Part shown: one piece after another, positions 58,519 to 64,000 of the stretch
Layout: every line of letters starts with the position of its first letter
Numbering within the stretch: position 1 is the stretch's first letter
Source of the DNA: Bacteroidota bacterium
GTDB lineage: Bacteria; Bacteroidota; Bacteroidia; B-17B0; Aurantibacillaceae
Assembly: GCA_947450025.1 (NCBI GenBank)
Contig: CANFTW010000001.1
Span: 244,672 to 308,671, forward strand
DNA length: 64,000 nucleotides
Direction: 5' to 3'
Program-made: the position numbers and the translations under genes
Notes under the pieces: generated by a model
What the model saw: the letters and a program-made list of their open reading frames with translations, nothing else
Told to the model about the DNA's origin: nothing
Databases searched by the model: none

Positions 58519-59043
58519 TTTAGCAATCAGTCTCTTCATTTTTCTGGCGGTAGCCTTAATACCAGGACTTTCTTCAGATAAATTTAAATGATTGAGCACT
58601 GCTGAAAACTCGTTAATCAATTCAGTATAAGGCTTAGAAATATTAAACACAATAGTCATAGCAAAGGCTCTCACTGCTATGGCGTCTGATGGATTTTTAA
58701 TGTACTCATAACATTTATCGAGCATAAATGATTCGTACTTTTTAGGTACGGGTTGATTTAAAAACATTCGCAAAATGCTCCGAATAATACCACTATGAAT
58801 TTTTTTGTGTTTCAAATGTTCGATTAATTGTAATTGAAATGGTTTTATTCTTTCAAAATCAAATTCGGCACAATAATTCAAAACCCAGATAGCTCTATTA
58901 CCAACTAACTGATTTTCTTCTAACGAAAATATTAATAATTCTTTTTCCAAATGATTATCCAAAATTTCTTGAGCTAATACTTTAGCATTGAAATTTCGAT
59001 TTTCGAAAATGGAGCGAGAAAGGCTCGTTTGTTTTGAAGACAT
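58513..59043 (-). CDS. Hypothetical all-helical protein (HEAT/ARM-like repeats possible)
   Basis: 176-aa ORF with good coding-like composition. No family recognised with confidence. Confidence 0.5.
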   Translation of the reverse strand: MSSKQTSLSRSIFENRNFNAKVLAQEILDNHLEKELLIFSLEENQLVGNRAIWVLNYCAEFDFERIKPFQLQLIEHLKHKKIHSGIIRSILRMFLNQPVPKKYESFMLDKCYEYIKNPSDAIAVRAFAMTIVFNISKPYTELINEFSAVLNHLNLSEESPGIKATARKMKRLIAKL

Positions 59044-59090
59044 ATCCTAAATTAAACTCAAATAAACATATATTTTTTTAAATTTAAAAT

Positions 59091-59098
59091 TAGCTTTG
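59091..59098 (+). promoter_or_regulatory. Candidate -7 promoter box (TAGCTTTG) for the paaK-like operon
   Basis: TAnnTTTG match 47 nt upstream of the ATG at 59145. Confidence 0.3.
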
Positions 59099-59144
59099 TG
59101 TTTTATCAAATTATATGTAAACTCGTATAAATTTAGAGAAATTA

Positions 59145-60446
59145 ATGAGTACCCTATTACCAATTATCGAAACAAAATCACCTTCCGAAATTGAAGAATT
59201 TCAGAAGAAAAAATTAATTGAATTATTAGCGTATGTTAACACTCATTCTAAATTTTATCAATCTCACTTTGAAAAAAACGGAATTGATATTTCAAAGATT
59301 ACCTTGCTCAGTGATTTACAAAAAATACCCACCACTTCAAAAGATGATTTGTACCATCATAATCAAGATTTTATTTGTGTATCACCCGATAAAATTATTG
59401 ATTATGTGACAACTAGTGGCACATTAGGAGACCCTTTGACATTTGTTTTAACGAACAAAGATTTAGACCGCTTGGCTTATAACGAACATATATCTTTAGC
59501 TTGTGCTGGAGGAAGCAAACACGATATATATCAATTAATGACTACCATAGATAGACGCTTTATGGCAGGCATGGCTTATTTTTTAGGATTAAAAGAAATG
59601 GGTGCTGGCGTGGTGAGAGTTGGTAATGGGATGCCTGAATTTCAATGGGATACCATTAAACGATTAAACCCAACTATTGCCATAGCAGTTCCTTCATTTT
59701 TATTAAAACTTATTGAATTTGCTGAACAAAATAATATTGATTATACAAACTGTAGCATTAAAAAAATAGTTTGTATAGGAGAACCAATCCGCAATGAAGA
59801 TTTTTCATACAACACACTTGGAAAACGCATTACAGATAAATGGCCCTTACAATTATTTAGCACTTATGCCTCAACTGAAATGGGTGCTGCATTTACAGAA
59901 TGTGAAGCAGGTAAAGGTGGGCATCACCATCCGGAATTATTAATTGTTGAATTTTTAGATGAACATAATCAACCTGTTGCAAAAGGGGAAGCTGGAGAAT
60001 TAACAGTAACCACATTAGATGTTGAAGGTATACCTTTGATTCGTTTTAAAACTGGTGATATTTGCAAGGCGCATTACGAACCTTGTTCTTGCGGAAGAAC
60101 AACGCTTCGTATTAGCCCAATTTTAGGGCGCAAACAACAAATGATCAAATTTAAGGGCACTAGTTTATATCCACCCGCATTATATGATATTTTAAATACG
60201 GTTCCTTATATAAAAAATTACATTGTAGAAGTGTATACCAATGACATTGGAACAGATGAAATTACAATAAACATAGGAGCAACTAATCCTCCTGACAATT
60301 TTGACAAAGAATTAAAAGACCATTTTAGGGCAAAATTAAGAGTAGCGCCTGCGATAATTTTAGATTCTCCCGAAAATATTAGCAAACGACAATTACCTGA
60401 AATGAGCAGAAAACCAATCACATTTATAGATAGAAGAACTAAATAG
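59145..60446 (+). CDS. Phenylacetate-CoA ligase-like adenylate-forming enzyme (PaaK / coenzyme F390 synthetase family)
   Basis: 433 aa. It has YVTTSGTLGDPL (the TSGTTG-like AMP motif), YASTEMG, and the FKTGDI plus C-terminal KFKGTSLYP motifs typical of PaaK-like ligases. Confidence 0.8.
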   Translation: MSTLLPIIETKSPSEIEEFQKKKLIELLAYVNTHSKFYQSHFEKNGIDISKITLLSDLQKIPTTSKDDLYHHNQDFICVSPDKIIDYVTTSGTLGDPLTFVLTNKDLDRLAYNEHISLACAGGSKHDIYQLMTTIDRRFMAGMAYFLGLKEMGAGVVRVGNGMPEFQWDTIKRLNPTIAIAVPSFLLKLIEFAEQNNIDYTNCSIKKIVCIGEPIRNEDFSYNTLGKRITDKWPLQLFSTYASTEMGAAFTECEAGKGGHHHPELLIVEFLDEHNQPVAKGEAGELTVTTLDVEGIPLIRFKTGDICKAHYEPCSCGRTTLRISPILGRKQQMIKFKGTSLYPPALYDILNTVPYIKNYIVEVYTNDIGTDEITINIGATNPPDNFDKELKDHFRAKLRVAPAIILDSPENISKRQLPEMSRKPITFIDRRTK

Positions 60447-60447
60447 C

Positions 60448-61632
60448 ATGAAATTATATATATCAGGTCCAGCAAAAAAAATTAGTGATTTTGCGAAAAA
60501 TTTTGATTTTGAAAACCTAAGACCATACTACGATCATGAAGCTCCCGAAGCCATGAAACGAATGGTTTCTTATGACACCTACTATCAAGCCATGGCTTAC
60601 CTATGGCCTCAAATTAGTAAAGAAGAAGCTTTAGAAAAAGGACTTCAAACTAAGTCACCTTATGAATTTCAAACAAAATTTATGAGTGAAGCAATTTGGA
60701 AAATTGTTAATTCCACTTCGGATGGACTTACTTGGAGTGGATTAGATAAACTAGATAGAAATAAATCCTATTTATTTATTGCCAATCACCGAGATATTTT
60801 ATTGGATAGTGCCATTTTACAAATCATTTTGGACAAAGAAGATTTTGAAACTTCTGAAATTACGTTTGGTTCAAACCTCATGGAAAAAGGTTTTATCACT
60901 GATTTTGGAAGAATGAATAGGATGTTTACCGTAAAACGTGAAGGAACAGTTAAAGAATTATATGATATTTCTTGCCAATTAAGTGCCTATATACGTCACG
61001 TGATTGTGGATAAAAATACGAGCGTATGGATTGCTCAGCGAAATGGAAGAACAAAAGACGGCAATGATTTGACCCAAACAGGCCTATTAAAAATGCTCAA
61101 TATTAGTGGTCAAAAAAACTTTATTGAAAACTTTAAAGAATTAAACATTGTACCTCTCACCATTAGCTTTGAATATGAGCCATGTGATGATTTAAAAGTT
61201 CAAGAAGCATATTTATCATCATTACACACTAAATATGTAAAAGCCCCAGGAGAGGATTTAAACAGTATTTTAACGGGCATCAAACAACCTAAAGGAAAAA
61301 TACATTTAGCCTTTGGAAAACCTATTCAAGAAGAATTATTGATGATTGATAAAGCTCCCAATGATAATGAAAAAATAAAATTATTAGTTGCTTCTATTGA
61401 TAAACAAATCCATCTTAATTATAAATTAAACGCTGTTAACTACATTGCATATGATTTATTAAATGACACCAATGTTTTTGAAAATAATTATACCACTCTC
61501 GAAAAAGAAAATTTCATGGCCTACATGCATACTAAAACAAAAGATTTAAAAGGTGAGCCTGAAATTTTAAAAAATTTATTTATGACCTTGTATGCAAACT
61601 CCATAGTCAATAAATTACCTTCACTAAAATAA
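60448..61632 (+). CDS. PlsC-type (lysophospholipid) acyltransferase-domain protein with a long C-terminal extension
   Basis: HX4D motif NHRDILLDS, then a FPEG-like AQRNGRTKDG block. The ATG lies 1 nt after the stop of the ligase gene. Confidence 0.75.
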   Translation: MKLYISGPAKKISDFAKNFDFENLRPYYDHEAPEAMKRMVSYDTYYQAMAYLWPQISKEEALEKGLQTKSPYEFQTKFMSEAIWKIVNSTSDGLTWSGLDKLDRNKSYLFIANHRDILLDSAILQIILDKEDFETSEITFGSNLMEKGFITDFGRMNRMFTVKREGTVKELYDISCQLSAYIRHVIVDKNTSVWIAQRNGRTKDGNDLTQTGLLKMLNISGQKNFIENFKELNIVPLTISFEYEPCDDLKVQEAYLSSLHTKYVKAPGEDLNSILTGIKQPKGKIHLAFGKPIQEELLMIDKAPNDNEKIKLLVASIDKQIHLNYKLNAVNYIAYDLLNDTNVFENNYTTLEKENFMAYMHTKTKDLKGEPEILKNLFMTLYANSIVNKLPSLK

Positions 61633-62415
61633 AAGAAAACCAATTCTCAAAAATACATTAAACCTATTTAAGGCACGTACTCTCGATGCAGAAGTTTTAG
61701 CGACATAATCATATGGCGCCAATCCTTCTTCCGAGGTTCTATCTAAATCTGAAATAACATCAAATAATACTCTAGCTAAAGCAATCGCATTGGCATTAAA
61801 TCCATAATCAAGCACTACTCTATCGGTAATCATCCTTGTTCTTCCAAAACCAATCAGTAAATCAAATTTCACAAAAGACTGGTGAGTTAAGCCAAAATTA
61901 GAATAGTAATATTCTTTAGCCGTTCCAAAAGTTCCATAAGCTTCCTCTCTCACCAATACTTTCATAATCGATGGATCGTAATTTGCTTGAAAGGTATTTA
62001 ACGTTGCTCCAAACATAAAATAGCGTCCCCATGGCGCAACATAACCACTTTTAAATAATTTACCATATAAAAGATAATTAGTTCCTTTCATATTATAATA
62101 ACCTTGAGGATTACTATTTACCTGAGTAGGCACATAATTACCATAGATGCTAAAAATGCTGACGTTTCTCTGGTTTGCATAAATCGTTTTATAAAATCTT
62201 GTAGCAGCGCCTAATACAAATCGTTTGGAAGTGGCATATTCAACATATCCTTCGTGAATTTTATTGATGATATTTTCTCCTTGCGTACCAAAATAACCAG
62301 GACTCATATGAAATCCATATCCTGCAATCATTTTTTTACCCATGTATCCAGAATTTTGAGCATACAATCCTGAAACAAACAGTATCAATAATAAAATGAG
62401 TTTGTATTTATACAT
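61624..62415 (-). CDS. Putative outer-membrane protein, tandem paralog 2
   Basis: Signal peptide ending LYAQ, then NSGYMGKKMIAGYGFHMSP. The C-terminus NRFNVFLRIGFLLF is shared with its neighbour. Confidence 0.6.
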   Translation of the reverse strand: MYKYKLILLLILFVSGLYAQNSGYMGKKMIAGYGFHMSPGYFGTQGENIINKIHEGYVEYATSKRFVLGAATRFYKTIYANQRNVSIFSIYGNYVPTQVNSNPQGYYNMKGTNYLLYGKLFKSGYVAPWGRYFMFGATLNTFQANYDPSIMKVLVREEAYGTFGTAKEYYYSNFGLTHQSFVKFDLLIGFGRTRMITDRVVLDYGFNANAIALARVLFDVISDLDRTSEEGLAPYDYVAKTSASRVRALNRFNVFLRIGFLLF

Positions 62416-62420
62416 CGTGT

Positions 62421-63236
62421 TTAAAATAATAAAAAGCCAACTTTTAAAAACACATTAAATCGATTAATCCCTCTTACTCTTTTTCGATAAGTCTTTTCAA
62501 TATAATTTAAATTAGTTGGATTTTGAGATGAGAAATCTTCTCCATCTAATAAAACATCAAATACCCCAGCGAATACTGAAAACAACTGCAAATTAAATCC
62601 ATAATCAATCACTACTCTGTTCGCAATAATTCGACTTCTTCCGTACCCTAACATTAAATTAACACCTGTAAAACTCTGTTCCTTCGTTCCAAAATTTGAC
62701 ATCAACGTATCGGCATAATAATAGTTATTAGAGTTAGCTTGAAAATTCATTACTTTTGAATCATAGGATGTTTTCACCGTATTAATTGTTGGTCCAAACA
62801 TCACATATCGGCCCCAAGGAGCCACATAACGAGACCCATAATATTTAAAATATAACGAATATGTTAGTCCTCTAATATTATAAAATCCAGATGGTTTAAG
62901 ATAATTGGCTGAATAATTATTGTCATAATAATTCAAATACTTTCCATTATCATAAGCTGTTTTATAATACCTTGCCGAAAAGCATACCATCCATTTACTG
63001 GATGCTGCATATTCTAAAAAACCTTCGTGAATGGTATTAAATACAAAAGATCCAGTTGTTGCACTTCCACCAGTTCCAATAAGTGTTTCATTATTAGAGG
63101 TTGCTCCAAAAATTGCAGGGCTTGTATTAAATCCATATCCTAATAATAAACGTTTACCCATGTAACCAGAAGATTGGGCAAACATGTAACTGGACGTGAT
63201 AAATAATAAGATGATAATATGTTTAATCATGATCAA
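62421..63236 (-). CDS. Putative outer-membrane protein, tandem paralog 1
   Basis: Signal peptide ending MFAQ, then SSGYMGKRLLLGYGFNTSP, IHEGFLEYAAS, YVAPWGRYVMFGPT, and the C-terminus NRFNVFLKVGFLLF. Confidence 0.6.
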   Translation of the reverse strand: MIMIKHIIILLFITSSYMFAQSSGYMGKRLLLGYGFNTSPAIFGATSNNETLIGTGGSATTGSFVFNTIHEGFLEYAASSKWMVCFSARYYKTAYDNGKYLNYYDNNYSANYLKPSGFYNIRGLTYSLYFKYYGSRYVAPWGRYVMFGPTINTVKTSYDSKVMNFQANSNNYYYADTLMSNFGTKEQSFTGVNLMLGYGRSRIIANRVVIDYGFNLQLFSVFAGVFDVLLDGEDFSSQNPTNLNYIEKTYRKRVRGINRFNVFLKVGFLLF

Positions 63237-63238
63237 GT

Positions 63239-64000
63239 TTATTTATTTGATTGTTTGAATTCGTAAATTGTTTGATAAACTTTAGCGTTTATCAAATCTC
63301 GTGAATCTTTTCCCTTGAATGATTCTTGTTTTTTATAGATGATTTCATTTAATTTTAAATCATATACAAACGCATAATAATACGTTCTCTTTCTACCAGA
63401 TTTAGATTTATAATTAACAATGCCAGTTTTAAAAACATACTGAGTATTATATTTTGAAATAATGTTTTCAATATCATTTGTATTAAGAATCGGATATCCA
63501 TCACTATGATCGCTATCAAATTTTTCAGCAAACCAATCATTAATCACTGCGTAATCATTCATCTTATCAACGTCATTTGCGTTTATAATATCAGGATCTA
63601 AGGTTACTAATTCAAACTTTTGTCGCTGAGCACAATCATTTACCGTAATTGCATACTTCTCTTGTTTTTCATCTGATGATAAATAACTAAATTCTTCTTT
63701 TTGTGACTCATCAATTTTTAAATAAAAAGGCTCCAATAATAATACCTTGTTAACTTTAGCTTCCGTTGAAACAAAAGCTCCTACTTTTTTAGGTTTTTTC
63801 TTTTTTGATGAATTTCCTTTTTTTAGACTGTAATCAGAAAATCCAGAAGTAGCATCATTATCAACAACTCCTGTGGAAGGGAATTTACCTGAAAATTCTT
63901 TATCGGTCATAAATAAATCCACATACATTTCTTTATAATAAGCCGTATCATATTTTTTAAAGTTATTTTCTTTTTGAATCGTTGCAATTAAATCGGTTTT
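63239..64000 (-). CDS. Hypothetical protein; the 5' end lies outside the window
   Basis: The reading frame stays open from 63928 to the window edge (KTDLIATIQKENNFKKYDTAYYKEMYVDLF...). It contains a lysine-rich linker (SSKKKKPKK). The stop is 2 nt before the next gene. Confidence 0.55.
   Translation of the reverse strand, partial: KTDLIATIQKENNFKKYDTAYYKEMYVDLFMTDKEFSGKFPSTGVVDNDATSGFSDYSLKKGNSSKKKKPKKVGAFVSTEAKVNKVLLLEPFYLKIDESQKEEFSYLSSDEKQEKYAITVNDCAQRQKFELVTLDPDIINANDVDKMNDYAVINDWFAEKFDSDHSDGYPILNTNDIENIISKYNTQYVFKTGIVNYKSKSGRKRTYYYAFVYDLKLNEIIYKKQESFKGKDSRDLINAKVYQTIYEFKQSNK

Overview
This is an AT-rich chromosomal segment whose gene content matches a gliding Bacteroidota genome, probably Flavobacteriia-like. 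The assignment rests on gldJ, porP/sprF, porU and porV, a T9SS C-terminal-domain cargo, crtZ with a CrtYcd-type cyclase, and TAnnTTTG-type -7 boxes. The window is densely coding, with about 60 credible CDS and one tRNA-Pro(UGG). I saw no rRNA, CRISPR array, IS element or prophage. Most genes are housekeeping: tal/fsa, rsmG, ppk1-ppx, ubiE, aspartate aminotransferase, pyrC-like, icd, mnmA, recA, murF, nadK, eno and proline dehydrogenase. The parts that ordinary annotation does not explain are listed here. (1) An 83-codon GIY-YIG gene sits exactly between two copies of 'tRNA-Pro 3' end + terminator hairpin'. In the distal copy the T-loop is replaced by a short inverted repeat. (2) A TetR-controlled two-gene efflux or secretion operon consists of a TolC-like protein plus a single 751-aa fusion of an HlyB-type ABC transmembrane domain to an HlyD adaptor. 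I can see no nucleotide-binding domain in the fusion or in any neighbouring gene. (3) Eight tightly packed, mostly uncharacterised genes follow icd. They include two tandem paralogous small proteins, a PII/CutA-sized protein, a double zinc-ribbon protein, an amidohydrolase, an Sbt-like permease and a beta-barrel protein. (4) A zinc-cysteine-less sirtuin is paired with a coiled-coil, PD-(D/E)xK-like DUF2130 protein. (5) A PaaK-like adenylating enzyme is translationally coupled to a PlsC-type acyltransferase. (6) Two tandem paralogous putative outer-membrane proteins lie in a three-gene operon of unknown function. (7) There is a heavily decayed outer-membrane beta-barrel pseudogene. (8) A cluster of GC-containing 9-mers lies upstream of ubiE. 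All functional calls come from motif and family recognition by eye. No database search was possible.
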